Of a DNA stretch of 33,153 nucleotides, positions 17,422-31,248 are shown piece after piece. Numbering within the stretch: position 1 is the first letter of the stretch; every line of letters begins with the position of its first letter. Both the position numbers and the translations under genes were made by a program. Source of the DNA: Candidatus Rokuibacteriota bacterium (GTDB taxonomy: Bacteria > Methylomirabilota > Methylomirabilia > Rokubacteriales > JACPHL01); the NCBI GenBank assembly GCA_016188625.1, contig JACPHL010000115.1, positions 1-33,153 on the forward strand, read 5' to 3'. Under the pieces are notes generated by a model. That model was given only the letters and a program-made list of their open reading frames with translations, made no database searches and was not told the DNA's origin.

Positions 17422-19647
17422 ATGGCGATGACCCCGGAGGAGCGCGAGAAGCGGTGGCGGAACCTGGTCCTCATCAGCGTGGGCCTCTTCCTCCTGGTGG
17501 CCATGACCGCCATCGAGGTGGGGATCAAGGGGCCCAAGCTCCCCATCGCCTCCAACGTCGTCGTCATCGCCCTGTTCAACCTGAACCTCATCGTCTTCCT
17601 CCTGCTCCTCGTCCTCCTCTTCCGCAACCTGGTCAAGCTCTCCTTCGAGCGCCGCCACAAGATCCTGGGCTTCAAGTTCAAGACCAAGCTGGTGGTGGCC
17701 TTCCTCAGCCTGGCCCTGATCCCCTCCCTCCTCATCTTCCTGGTCGCCTCGAACCTCATCAACACCTCCATCGAGGGGTGGTTCAAGCTCCAGGTGGAGC
17801 GACCCCTGGACGAGTCCATGATGGTGGCCCAGGCCTTCTACGAGCGGATGCAGGACTCGGCCCTCCGCCACGGCCAGCACATCGCGCGGGGCATCATGCG
17901 CGACCGCCTCCTGGAGGAGGAGCGGCGCGAGGCCCTCATCGACTTCCTGATGGACCAGCAGGAGCAGTACGGCCTGGCCGGGATCTCGGTCTTCACCGCG
18001 GGCGGCGACGAGCTGGTCCACGTCAAGGACCCCGTCCTCTCGCCCGCCATCGCCACGGAGGCGGTGAACACCGAGCAGGTCCGGATGGGCCTGGGGGGGC
18101 GGGAGCTGACCACTCGGAAGGAGATCGCCAACGGCGACCTGATCCAGGGGATGGTCCCCATCCTGGTCTCCTTCACGGATCGGCGGGTGACGGGGGTGGT
18201 GGTCGTTTCCCACCACGTCACCGAGCGGCTCGAGGCGCGGGTCCGCGGGATCTCCACCGCCTTCCAGGAGTACAAGCAGCTCAAGCTCCTGAAGCAGCCC
18301 ATCAAGGGGATCTACATCCTCCTCTTCCTCCTGATGACCCTGATCATCGTCTTCTCGGTCACATGGTTCGGCCTGTACCTGGCCAAGGGGATCACGGTCC
18401 CCATCCAGCTCCTGGCCGAGGGGACCCGCGAGGTGGCGGCGGGGAACCTCGACTACCGCGTCCAGGTCCGCGCCGACGACGAGGTGGGAATCCTGGTGGA
18501 CTCCTTCAACAAGATGACCGGGGACCTGGCCTCCTCCAAGACCAAGCTGGAGGCGGCCTACCTCGACCTCCAGGGCAAGGCGGGCGAGCTGGAGGCGCGC
18601 CGCCGCTACACCGAGACCGTGCTGGAGGCGGTGGCCACCGGGGTTGTCTCCCTCGACGCCGAGGGGCGCCTGACCACCCTGAACCGCGCCGCCGCGCGCA
18701 TGCTCGGGCTCGCCCCCTCGCTGGCCGTGGGCCGCCCCTGGGGCCAGGCCTTCGCGGCGCCCGAGTACGAGGACCTCCGGGCCCTCATCCAGCGGATGGA
18801 CCGCCTCCGCGACGGGAGCCTCGAGCGCGAGCTCCAGCTCCCCCGGGACGGCTCGCGCCTCACCCTGCTCGCGAGCCTCACCCCCCTCCCGGGGCCCGAG
18901 GGGGAGTACCTCGGCATGGTCCTGGTCTTCGACGACCTCACCGAGCTCTTCCAGGCCCAGCGCCTGGCCGCCTGGCGGGAGGTGGCCCAGCGGATCGCCC
19001 ACGAGATCAAGAACCCCCTCACCCCGATCCAGCTCTCGGTCCAGCGCCTCCGGCGCCGGCTGACGGGCCGGGTGCCCGAGGAGGAGGCCCTCCTCGAGGA
19101 GTGCACGGGGACCATCGTGGGGGAGGTGGAGGGGCTCCGGCGGCTCGTGGAGGAGTTCTCCCGCTTCGCCCGGATGCCGAGCCCGGACCCGCGGCCGACC
19201 GATCTCGCGCGGCTCGTGGACGGGGTGGTCGCCCTCTACGCCGAGACCCACCCGGGGGTCGCCCTCCGGACCGCCTTCGCCCCCGACCTCCCGCCGGCCG
19301 AGGTGGACGGCGACCAGCTGAAGCGCGCCCTCCTGAACCTCCTCGACAACGCCGTGGAGGCGGGGGCCGCCGAGGTGGAGCTCAAGACGGTGTGGCGGCC
19401 TGGCGAGCCGCGGGTCCGGGTGGAGGTCGCCGACGACGGATCGGGGATCCCGCCCGAGGCGCGCGAGAAGCTCTTCCACCCCTACTTCTCGACCAAGGCC
19501 GCGGGGATGGGCCTCGGCCTCCCCATCGTGCACCAGATCGTCACCGACCACGGCGGCCAGATCTGGGCCGAGGAGAACCGGCCGCGGGGGAGCCGGTTCG
19601 TCCTGGAGCTGCCGCTGTCCCGGGAGCGGGTCGAGGAGACCGCGTGA
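17422..19647 (+). CDS. ntrY: NtrY-type sensor histidine kinase (TM-HAMP-PAS-HisKA-HATPase)
   Basis: N-terminal transmembrane helices, HAMP (AAGNLDYRVQVRADDEVGILVDSFNKMTGDL), PAS, H-box AHEIKNPLTPI, N box LLDNAVEA, and G boxes DDGSGIP / GMGLGLPIVHQIV. Confidence 0.88.
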   Translation: MAMTPEEREKRWRNLVLISVGLFLLVAMTAIEVGIKGPKLPIASNVVVIALFNLNLIVFLLLLVLLFRNLVKLSFERRHKILGFKFKTKLVVAFLSLALIPSLLIFLVASNLINTSIEGWFKLQVERPLDESMMVAQAFYERMQDSALRHGQHIARGIMRDRLLEEERREALIDFLMDQQEQYGLAGISVFTAGGDELVHVKDPVLSPAIATEAVNTEQVRMGLGGRELTTRKEIANGDLIQGMVPILVSFTDRRVTGVVVVSHHVTERLEARVRGISTAFQEYKQLKLLKQPIKGIYILLFLLMTLIIVFSVTWFGLYLAKGITVPIQLLAEGTREVAAGNLDYRVQVRADDEVGILVDSFNKMTGDLASSKTKLEAAYLDLQGKAGELEARRRYTETVLEAVATGVVSLDAEGRLTTLNRAAARMLGLAPSLAVGRPWGQAFAAPEYEDLRALIQRMDRLRDGSLERELQLPRDGSRLTLLASLTPLPGPEGEYLGMVLVFDDLTELFQAQRLAAWREVAQRIAHEIKNPLTPIQLSVQRLRRRLTGRVPEEEALLEECTGTIVGEVEGLRRLVEEFSRFARMPSPDPRPTDLARLVDGVVALYAETHPGVALRTAFAPDLPPAEVDGDQLKRALLNLLDNAVEAGAAEVELKTVWRPGEPRVRVEVADDGSGIPPEAREKLFHPYFSTKAAGMGLGLPIVHQIVTDHGGQIWAEENRPRGSRFVLELPLSRERVEETA

Positions 19648-19657
19648 GGGGGAGGCG

Positions 19658-21043
<1,386 letters not shown>

Positions 21044-21081
21044 GGCGCCTCCCCGCCCGGCGAGGCGCCGCGAGATCGGGC

Positions 21082-21109
21082 TTGACAAATCGCCGGGCGC
21101 GGGTATGTT
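21082..21109 (+). promoter_or_regulatory. Putative sigma70-type promoter of the pyr operon
   Basis: TTGACA (21082-21087), a 16-nt spacer, then TATGTT (21104-21109). Confidence 0.55.
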
Positions 21110-21118
21110 TGTGTTGAT

Positions 21119-21786
<668 letters not shown>

Positions 21787-21814
21787 GTCGCGGGGCAGGG
21801 TAAGGAGGCGCGCC

Positions 21815-22753
21815 ATGGGGCTCAGGGGGAAGGACCTCATCGAGGTGCGGGGCCTCGAGCCGGCCGAGATCGAGCTGATCCTGGACACGGCCGAGTCGAT
21901 GAAGGAGATCGCCTCGCGGGCGATCAAGAAGGTCCCGACCCTCCGCGGCAAGACCGTGGTCAACCTGTTCCTCGAGCCCTCCACCCGCACCCGGACCTCC
22001 TTCGAGATCGCCGGGAAGTGGCTCTCGGCCGACGTCGTCAACGTCTCCGGCTCGGCCTCCAGCGTGGTCAAGGGCGAGACCCTCATGGACACCGCCAAGA
22101 ACCTCGAGGCGATGAGCCCGGACTGCGTGGTGATCCGCCACGCCATGGCCGGGGCCCCGCACATGCTCGCCCGCGCCCTCCGCGCCGCCATCATCAACGC
22201 CGGGGACGGGGCCCACGAGCACCCGACCCAGGCCCTCCTGGACCTCCTCACCATCCGGGAGAAGAAGGGGCACCTGGACGGGCTCAAGGCCGCCATCGTG
22301 GGGGACATCGCCCACAGCCGGGTGGCCCGCTCCAACATCTACGGGATGCGGAAGATGGGGATGACGGTGACCGTGGCCGGGCCGCCGACCCTGATCCCGC
22401 CGGGGGTGGAGGAGCTGGGGGTGAAGGTGGCCCACCGCCTCGAGGAGGCGATCCGTGACGTGGACGTCGTCATGATGCTCCGCCTCCAGCAGGAGCGGAT
22501 GCAGGCGGCCCTGATCCCCTCCCTCCGCGAGTACGCCCGGCTCTGGGGGCTGACCCTGGACAGGCTGGCCGCGGCGCGGGAGGACGTCCTCATCATGCAC
22601 CCGGGGCCGGTGAACCGGGGGGTCGAGCTGGCCCCGGAGGTGGCCGACAGCCGCTACTCGGTCATCCTGGACCAGGTGGCCAACGGCGTCGCGGTCCGGA
22701 TGGCGCTCCTCTACCTCCTCATCGGCGGCAAGCCCGCCGAGGCCGGCGCGTGA
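21815..22753 (+). CDS. pyrB: Aspartate carbamoyltransferase catalytic subunit
   Basis: STRTRTSFE, the HPTQ block ([10 protein letters not shown]) and HPGP (MHPGPVNRG). Confidence 0.96.
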   Translation: MGLRGKDLIEVRGLEPAEIELILDTAESMKEIASRAIKKVPTLRGKTVVNLFLEPSTRTRTSFEIAGKWLSADVVNVSGSASSVVKGETLMDTAKNLEAMSPDCVVIRHAMAGAPHMLARALRAAIINAGDGAHEHPTQALLDLLTIREKKGHLDGLKAAIVGDIAHSRVARSNIYGMRKMGMTVTVAGPPTLIPPGVEELGVKVAHRLEEAIRDVDVVMMLRLQQERMQAALIPSLREYARLWGLTLDRLAAAREDVLIMHPGPVNRGVELAPEVADSRYSVILDQVANGVAVRMALLYLLIGGKPAEAGA

Positions 22754-22763
22754 GGGGCGGGCC

Positions 22764-24065
22764 GTGGACCTGATCATCAAGGGCGGGCGGGTGGTCGATC
22801 CGGCCAACGGCCTGGACGGGGTCGCCGACGTCCTGATCCTGGACGGCCGGATCGCCCGGGTGGAACGGGGGCTCGAACCCCCCGAGGGGACCCCGGCCGT
22901 CGAGGCTGCCGGGAAGGTCGTCGCCCCCGGGTTCATCGACCTGCACGTCCACCTCCGCGAGCCCGGCGAGGAGTACAAGGAGACCGTGGCCACCGGCACC
23001 CGCGCCGCGGCCGCCGGCGGGTTCACCGCGGTCGTCGCCATGGCCAACACCCTCCCCGTGAACGACACCCGCGCCGTCACCGACTACATCCTGGCCCAGG
23101 CCCGGGCCGACGGGGTCGTCCGCGTCTACCCCGTCGGCGCGGTCTCCAAGGGGCTCCGGGGGGAGGAGCTCGCCGAGCTCGGGGAGCTGGCCGAGGCCGG
23201 GTGCGTCGCCTACTCCGACGACGGCCAGCCGGTCATGGACTCGGCCCTCCTCCGCCGGGCCCTCGAGTACGCCCAGGCCTTCGCCAAGCCGATCATCTCC
23301 CACGCCGAGGACGCCCACCTCGCGGCCGACGGGGTCATGCACGAGGGGTTCGTCTCCACCGACCTCGGCCTCAGGGGGATCCCGGCCGCGGCCGAGGAGG
23401 TCATGGTCGCCCGCGACATCGCCCTGGCGGAGCTGACCGGAACCCCGATCCACATCGCCCACGTCTCCACCGCCGGGGCCGTCCGGCTGATCCGGGACGC
23501 CAAGGGCCGCGGGGTCCCGGTGACCGCCGAGGTCACCCCGCACCACCTCCTCCTCACCGACGAGGCGGTCCGCGGCTTCGACCCCAACACCAAGATGAAG
23601 CCGCCCCTGCGGGGGAAGCGCGACGTCGAGGCGTTGCGCGAGGCCCTGGCCGACGGGACCCTGGACGCCATCGCCACCGACCACGCCCCCCACGCCCTGG
23701 CCGACAAGGAGGTGGAGTACGACCTGGCCGCCTTCGGGATCGTCGGCCTCGAGACGGCCGTCCCCCTCGGCCTCACCCACCTGGTCCGGGAGGGGGTCCT
23801 GGACCTCCCGGCCTTCATCGCCCGGCTCACCGTGGGGCCGGCGCGGATCCTGGACCTGCCGCTCGGGACCCTGAGCCCCGGCGCGCCCGGGGACGTCACC
23901 GTCCTGGACCTCGACCGGGAGCTGGTCATCGACCCCTCCCGCTTCTACTCCAGGAGCCGGAACACCCCCTTCGGGGGGTGGCGCTGCGTCGGGGCGCCCT
24001 GGATGACGATCGTCGGGGGACGGGTCGTGATGTGGGAGCGCGTGATCAAGGGGGGGACGAGGTGA
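22764..24065 (+). CDS. pyrC: Dihydroorotase
   Basis: [10 protein letters not shown] metal-binding motif, IATDHAPH, and amidohydrolase-fold length of 433 aa. Confidence 0.94.
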   Translation: MDLIIKGGRVVDPANGLDGVADVLILDGRIARVERGLEPPEGTPAVEAAGKVVAPGFIDLHVHLREPGEEYKETVATGTRAAAAGGFTAVVAMANTLPVNDTRAVTDYILAQARADGVVRVYPVGAVSKGLRGEELAELGELAEAGCVAYSDDGQPVMDSALLRRALEYAQAFAKPIISHAEDAHLAADGVMHEGFVSTDLGLRGIPAAAEEVMVARDIALAELTGTPIHIAHVSTAGAVRLIRDAKGRGVPVTAEVTPHHLLLTDEAVRGFDPNTKMKPPLRGKRDVEALREALADGTLDAIATDHAPHALADKEVEYDLAAFGIVGLETAVPLGLTHLVREGVLDLPAFIARLTVGPARILDLPLGTLSPGAPGDVTVLDLDRELVIDPSRFYSRSRNTPFGGWRCVGAPWMTIVGGRVVMWERVIKGGTR

Positions 24066-25186
24066 GGGCGCTCCTGGCCCTGGCGGACGGGCGGCTCTTC
24101 GAGGGGGAGGCCTTCGGGGCCCCCGGCGAGACGGCGGGGGAGGTCGTCTTCAACACCGCCATGACCGGCTACCAGGAGATCCTGACCGACCCCTCCTACA
24201 GGGGGCAGCTCGTGGTTATGACCTCCCCCCACATCGGGAACACCGGGGTCAACCCCGAGGACGTGGAGTCCCATCGCCCCTGGGTGGAGGGGTTCATCGT
24301 GCGGGAGGCCTGCCCGGCCCCCTCGAGCTGGCGGGCGACGGCGAGCCTGGAGACCTATCTCCGGGAGCACGGGATCGTGGGGATCGAGGGGATCGACACC
24401 CGCGCCCTGACCCGCCACCTCCGCGACCAAGGGGCGCAGCAGGCGGTCCTCTCCACCGTGGACCTCGACCCCGAGAGCCTCCGGGCCAAGGCCCGGGCCC
24501 TCCCCAGCCTGGTCGGGCAGGACCTGGTGAAGGAGGTGACCTGCCAGGCCGCCTACGCCTGGAGGGAGGCGATCTGGGAGCTGGGCAGGGGATACCTCGC
24601 CCCGCCGGCCGCCCGGCACCGGGTGGTCGCGTACGACTGCGGGATCAAGCGGAACATCCTCCGCCAGCTCGCCGCCGTCGGGTGCGAGGTCACCGTGGTC
24701 CCCGCCTTCACCCCCGCCGCCGAGGTCCTGGCCCTCGCGCCCGACGGCGTCCTCCTCAGCAACGGCCCCGGGGACCCCGAGGCGGTCGGCTACCTCATCG
24801 AGGCGGTCCGCCAGCTCCTCGGGCGGCTCCCCATCTTCGGGATCTGCCTCGGCCACCAGATCCTGGGGCTCGCCTTCGGGGGGCGGACCTACAAGCTCCC
24901 GTTCGGTCACCACGGGGCGAACCACCCGGTCCGGGACCTGGCCACGGGACGGGTGGAGATCACCACCCAGAACCACGGCTTCGCGGTGGAGTCGGACTCG
25001 CTCGAGCGGCTGGGCCTCGATCTGACCCACGTCAACCTCAACGACGGGACCTGTGAGGGGATGCGCCACCGGGAGCTGCCGGTCTTCTCGGTCCAGTACC
25101 ACCCCGAGGCCTCCCCCGGCCCGCACGACTCGCACTATCTCTTCCCGCGGTTCGTCCAGCTCATGGACGCCGCGAAAGGCAGGTGA
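24062..25186 (+). CDS. carA: Carbamoyl-phosphate synthase small (glutaminase) subunit
   Basis: GTG 24062 has a GTGA overlap with the pyrC stop. [19 protein letters not shown], catalytic GICLGHQ, and [19 protein letters not shown]. Confidence 0.96.
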   Translation: MRALLALADGRLFEGEAFGAPGETAGEVVFNTAMTGYQEILTDPSYRGQLVVMTSPHIGNTGVNPEDVESHRPWVEGFIVREACPAPSSWRATASLETYLREHGIVGIEGIDTRALTRHLRDQGAQQAVLSTVDLDPESLRAKARALPSLVGQDLVKEVTCQAAYAWREAIWELGRGYLAPPAARHRVVAYDCGIKRNILRQLAAVGCEVTVVPAFTPAAEVLALAPDGVLLSNGPGDPEAVGYLIEAVRQLLGRLPIFGICLGHQILGLAFGGRTYKLPFGHHGANHPVRDLATGRVEITTQNHGFAVESDSLERLGLDLTHVNLNDGTCEGMRHRELPVFSVQYHPEASPGPHDSHYLFPRFVQLMDAAKGR

Positions 25187-25190
25187 GCCG

Positions 25191-25460
25191 ATGCCCCGTT
25201 ACTTCATCTCGTACCGGAAGACCGAGGGGCTCGGGCAGAAGCCCGAGTGGGGGAGCTTCACCACCGAGTCGGACCTGGCCCTGGAGGCCCACGCCATCCG
25301 CGAGCGGGTGGAGCGGCGCCTCCAGGTCCTGGGCGAGCAGCTCGTCGGGGGCGGCGAGGTCTTCTGGCTCGGCCAGGGCCCGCTCGACGAGTTCTTCGTC
25401 CGGCGGGAGGAGGCCTCCCCGGAGGTCACCGTCGTCTACGGCCTCATCCAGGAGCGCTGA
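25191..25460 (+). CDS. Hypothetical 89-aa protein between carA and carB
   Basis: ATG 25191 lies 4 nt after the carA stop. Very high third-position GC (host-like) supports coding. I recognise no motif in it. Confidence 0.55.
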   Translation: MPRYFISYRKTEGLGQKPEWGSFTTESDLALEAHAIRERVERRLQVLGEQLVGGGEVFWLGQGPLDEFFVRREEASPEVTVVYGLIQER

Positions 25461-25469
25461 CGGCGTCCC

Positions 25470-25586
25470 ATGCCTAAGCGCACGGACTTACGCAAGATCC
25501 TCATCATCGGCTCAGGGCCCATTGTGATCGGGCAGGCGTGCGAGTTCGACTACTCGGGGACCCGGGCGTACACGGCCGGCAAATGA
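25470..25586 (+). pseudogene. carB 5' fragment (38 codons: 31 identical residues, 5 diverged codons, then unrelated GK and a stop)
   Basis: [31 protein letters not shown] is identical in protein to the carB N-terminus at 26155, then reads RAYTAGK*. Its TGA overlaps the ATG of the next ORF (ATGA). Confidence 0.85.
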
Positions 25587-25903
25587 CCCTGGAACAGCAG
25601 ATCGAGTGCATCGTCAGGCAGATCGTTGAGGGGTACCGACCTCTGAAGGTTATCCTCTTCGGCTCGCACGCCTACGGCGAACCCACAGAGGACAGCGACC
25701 TTGATCTTTTGATCGTGAAGGAGACGTCCGAGCGGTTCATCGACCGGTGGGTTGCGGTCCAGGAGTTGATCGCGGATCCCGAACGGCGGATCCCCGTGGA
25801 GTCGATCGTGGTGACTCCTGGCGAGCTGCAGCGGCATCTGACCCGCGGGGATCAGTTTTTCCAGGAGATCGTCGCCCGCGGGAAGCTCCTCTATGCCGCG
25901 TGA
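25583..25903 (+). CDS. Minimal nucleotidyltransferase (MNT / antitoxin-type NTase domain protein)
   Basis: 106 aa. [21 protein letters not shown] matches the GSxxxG...DxD polymerase-beta-like NTase signature. Size and C-terminal helices fit MNT proteins of HEPN/MNT modules. Confidence 0.8.
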   Translation: MTLEQQIECIVRQIVEGYRPLKVILFGSHAYGEPTEDSDLDLLIVKETSERFIDRWVAVQELIADPERRIPVESIVVTPGELQRHLTRGDQFFQEIVARGKLLYAA

Positions 25904-25943
25904 GGAATCCCGCTATCCCGGGGATTGGCTGAGGAGGAGGTGA
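25893..25943 (+). pseudogene. Possible vestige of a HEPN partner gene (16 codons)
   Basis: ATG 25893 overlaps the NTase stop, as in MNT-HEPN pairs. [16 protein letters not shown] resembles the WL..AE.DL N-terminal helix of HEPN-domain partners and then stops. Confidence 0.25.
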
Positions 25944-25950
25944 TCACCTC

Positions 25951-26154
25951 GTGATCAGAGACGGCCACGACTTCCTGGAATGGCTCCACCGGATCAGGGA
26001 GGAGCACGCGCGCGAGCGTGAAAAGATGACGGACAAGGAGGTGATCGCGCAGATTCAAGCGGAGGCCAAGGGACTGCTGGACGAGGCAGGGTACACGCTC
26101 AAGCCCGCCCCGGATGGTCCGGGCAATCGGATCGTCAAGCGGGGGGAGGCCTGA
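25951..26154 (+). CDS. Hypothetical 67-aa protein
   Basis: GTG 25951 lies 7 nt after a perfect GGAGGTGA ribosome-binding site. MIRDGHDFLEWLHRIREEHAREREKMTDKEVIAQIQAEAKGLLDEAGYTLKP.. Its TGA directly abuts the carB GTG. Confidence 0.5.
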   Translation: MIRDGHDFLEWLHRIREEHAREREKMTDKEVIAQIQAEAKGLLDEAGYTLKPAPDGPGNRIVKRGEA

Positions 26155-29288
<3,134 letters not shown>

Positions 29289-29302
<14 letters not shown>

Positions 29303-30002
29303 GGCGCGCGACCGGCTCATCGTGGCCCTGGACGTGGATTCGCTCGCCCGGGCCGAGGAGTTGGTGACCGCCCTCGCGCCGCTGGTGACGACCTTCAAGG
29401 TGGGGGGGCCGCTCTTCACCGCGGCCGGGCCCGCGGCGGTCGAGCTGGTCCGAAAGCGCGGGGGGAAGGTCTTCCTCGACCTCAAGTACCACGACATCCC
29501 CGCCGCGGTGGCGGGCGCGGTGCGGGGGGCCGCGCGCCTCGGGGTGGCGATGCTCACCGTCCATGCCTCGGGGGGCTCGGCGATGCTCCGCGCCGCGGCG
29601 GAGGCCGCCGGCGAGAGCCGGGCCGAGGGGCGGCCGCTGGTCCTGGCCGTGACGCTCCTGACCAGCCTGGACCGGCGGGCCCTGCATCGCGAGCTCCGGA
29701 TCCCCGCCACCGAGGAGGCCCAGGTCCTCCACCTGGCCCAACTCGCGCGCGAGGCCGGCTGTGACGGGTGCGTGGCCTCTCCCCGCGAGCTCCAGCCGCT
29801 CCGTCGGCTCCTGGGCCGCGACTGGGTCGTCGTGACCCCGGGGATCCGACCGGAGGCGGTGGCCGGGGACGATCAGGCCCGCGTGGCCTCGCCCGAGGCC
29901 GCCATCGCCGCCGGGGCCGATTACCTGGTGGTTGGGCGGCCGATCACCGCGGCCCCGGACCCGGCGAAGGCCGCCGCCGGGATCCTGGAGGCGATCCGGT
30001 GA
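29289..30002 (+). CDS. pyrF: Orotidine 5'-phosphate decarboxylase
   Basis: [15 protein letters not shown] and [10 protein letters not shown] (DxKxxD) motifs, 237 aa. Confidence 0.93.
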
Positions 30003-30583
30003 GGGACGAGCGGGCGCTCCTCGAGCTCTTCGAGGGCACGGGGGCCCTCCTCCGCGGTCACTTCCGCCTCACCTCGGGGCTCCACTCCGAGGTCTACCTC
30101 CAGTGCGCCCTCGTCCTCCAGCACCCGAGCTACGCGGGGGAGCTGGGGGCCCAGCTCGCCGACGCCTTCCGGGGGGCGGGGGCGGAGGCGGTGGTCGCCC
30201 CGGCGATCGGCGGGATCCTGGTCGCCCACGAGGTGGCCCGCGCTCTCGGCGTCCGCGGCCTCTTCACCGAGCGGGAGGACGGCCGGATGCGCCTGCGCCG
30301 GGGGTTCAGCCTCCGGGGCGGCGAGCGGGTCCTGGTCGTCGAGGACGTGATCACCACGGGCGGCTCGACCCGCGAGGTGATCCGGGCCGTGGAGGAGGCG
30401 GGGGCGAAGGTCGTCGGGGTGGGGGCCCTGGTGGATCGGAGCGGGGGGAAGGCCGAGTTCTCCGTCCCACGGACGGCCCTCCTCTCCCTGGCCCTCCCCA
30501 ACTACCCGCCGGAGAGCTGCCCCCTGTGCGCGAGAGGGCTCCCCGCGGTCAAGCTGGGGAGCCGCCCGGCGACGGAGGGGTGA
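29999..30583 (+). CDS. pyrE: Orotate phosphoribosyltransferase
   Basis: GTG 29999 has a GTGA overlap with the pyrF stop. GHFRLTSGLHS and the PRPP motif VLVVEDVITTGGST. Confidence 0.93.
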   Translation: MRDERALLELFEGTGALLRGHFRLTSGLHSEVYLQCALVLQHPSYAGELGAQLADAFRGAGAEAVVAPAIGGILVAHEVARALGVRGLFTEREDGRMRLRRGFSLRGGERVLVVEDVITTGGSTREVIRAVEEAGAKVVGVGALVDRSGGKAEFSVPRTALLSLALPNYPPESCPLCARGLPAVKLGSRPATEG

Positions 30584-30587
30584 GCCG

Positions 30588-30944
30588 CTGAGCCGCGAGC
30601 AAGGGGTCAAGGCCGACGGGATCCCCTTCAACCACGCCAGCGAGCGGGAGTTCGCCGAGCTGCTCAGCTACTACGGGGTGGCCTGGCAGTACGAGCCCCA
30701 GACCTTCCCGCTGGAGTGGGACGAGGCCGGCCGGGTCACCGAGGCCTTCACTCCCGACTTCTACCTCCCCGAGGAGGACCTCTACATCGAGCTGACGACG
30801 AAGCAGCAGCGGCTCATCACCGAGAAGCACCGGAAGATCCGGAAGCTCCAGGCCCTCCACCCGGACGTCCGGATCAAGCTCCTCCGGCGCCAGGACTACC
30901 TGGCCCTGGCCCGGCGGTTCGGCTGGCGGCCCCCGGAGCCCTAG
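30588..30944 (+). CDS. Conserved hypothetical protein with a PD-(D/E)xK-nuclease-like motif; non-canonical start
   Basis: The track gives 30678..30944, but clearly protein-like sequence (GIPFNHASEREFAELLSYYG) continues upstream in frame with no ATG or GTG. CTG 30588 lies 7 nt after GGAGGGG. The PDFYLPEEDLYIELTTK block resembles D...ExK. Confidence 0.5.
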   Translation: MSREQGVKADGIPFNHASEREFAELLSYYGVAWQYEPQTFPLEWDEAGRVTEAFTPDFYLPEEDLYIELTTKQQRLITEKHRKIRKLQALHPDVRIKLLRRQDYLALARRFGWRPPEP

Positions 30945-30946
30945 GG

Positions 30947-31096
30947 GGGATTATTCGTGAACGGCTTCCCGCGAGGCGGACGGGTCCTGTCACGCCGGGC
31001 AGCCCCACTCGGCTCGCCACCCCCGCCCGGTGTTGGGGCGCCCCGCCCGGCGCGCCACCCGTCCGCCGTCCGCTGGCGGCGTTCACGAATAATCCC
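30947..31096. repeat. 150-nt long imperfect hairpin / MITE-like element with 16-bp perfect terminal inverted repeats
   Basis: GGGATTATTCGTGAAC (30947-30962) is the exact reverse complement of 31081-31096. Inner stems are GGCGGACGGGT/ACCCGTCCGCC (30975-85 / 31057-67) and CGCCGGGC/GCCCGGCG (30993-31000 / 31045-52). Confidence 0.75.
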
Positions 31097-31198
31097 GGCT
31101 GGGATTCTGGCCGGATGACACCGAGGTGGCTCCGTGCTCTTGACCCTCGGCTCGCGGATGGACTGTTCCGTTTCGAGCGCCGGCTTCGCCGGCGCAAC

Positions 31199-31241
31199 CT
31201 TGGGGGGAGGTTCGGAAGGGGGGCGTAAGCCCCCCTCCGAG
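31199..31241 (+). repeat. Structured intergenic repeat, copy 4 (short form: head plus 3' hairpin only)
   Basis: CTTGGGGGGAGG-TTCGGAAGGGGGG-CGTAAG-CCCCCCTCCGAG lacks the central hairpin and ends 7 nt before the hpt ATG. Confidence 0.65.
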
Positions 31242-31248
31242 GAGAAAG

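Larger units (their letters stand above)
25470..26154 (+). mobile_element. Integrated cassette remnant bracketed on the left by a foreign or duplicated carB 5' end (no recombinase present)
   Basis: The left end is a diverged copy of carB codons 1-36 and the right end abuts the real carB start. The interior has visibly lower GC and TA-like cargo. Confidence 0.5.

Noticed and set aside
21044-21069. The hairpin GGCGCCTC-N10-GAGGCGCC after ntrX as an intrinsic terminator.
   Set aside because: It is a perfect 8-bp stem but has no following U-tract. It may still act as an RNA stabiliser, but I cannot support a terminator call.
25951-26154. An Rx4H motif (RIREEH) in the 67-aa ORF as evidence that it is the HEPN toxin.
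   Set aside because: The protein is far too short for a HEPN four-helix domain, and a single Rx4H match in an Arg/Glu-rich helix is expected by chance.
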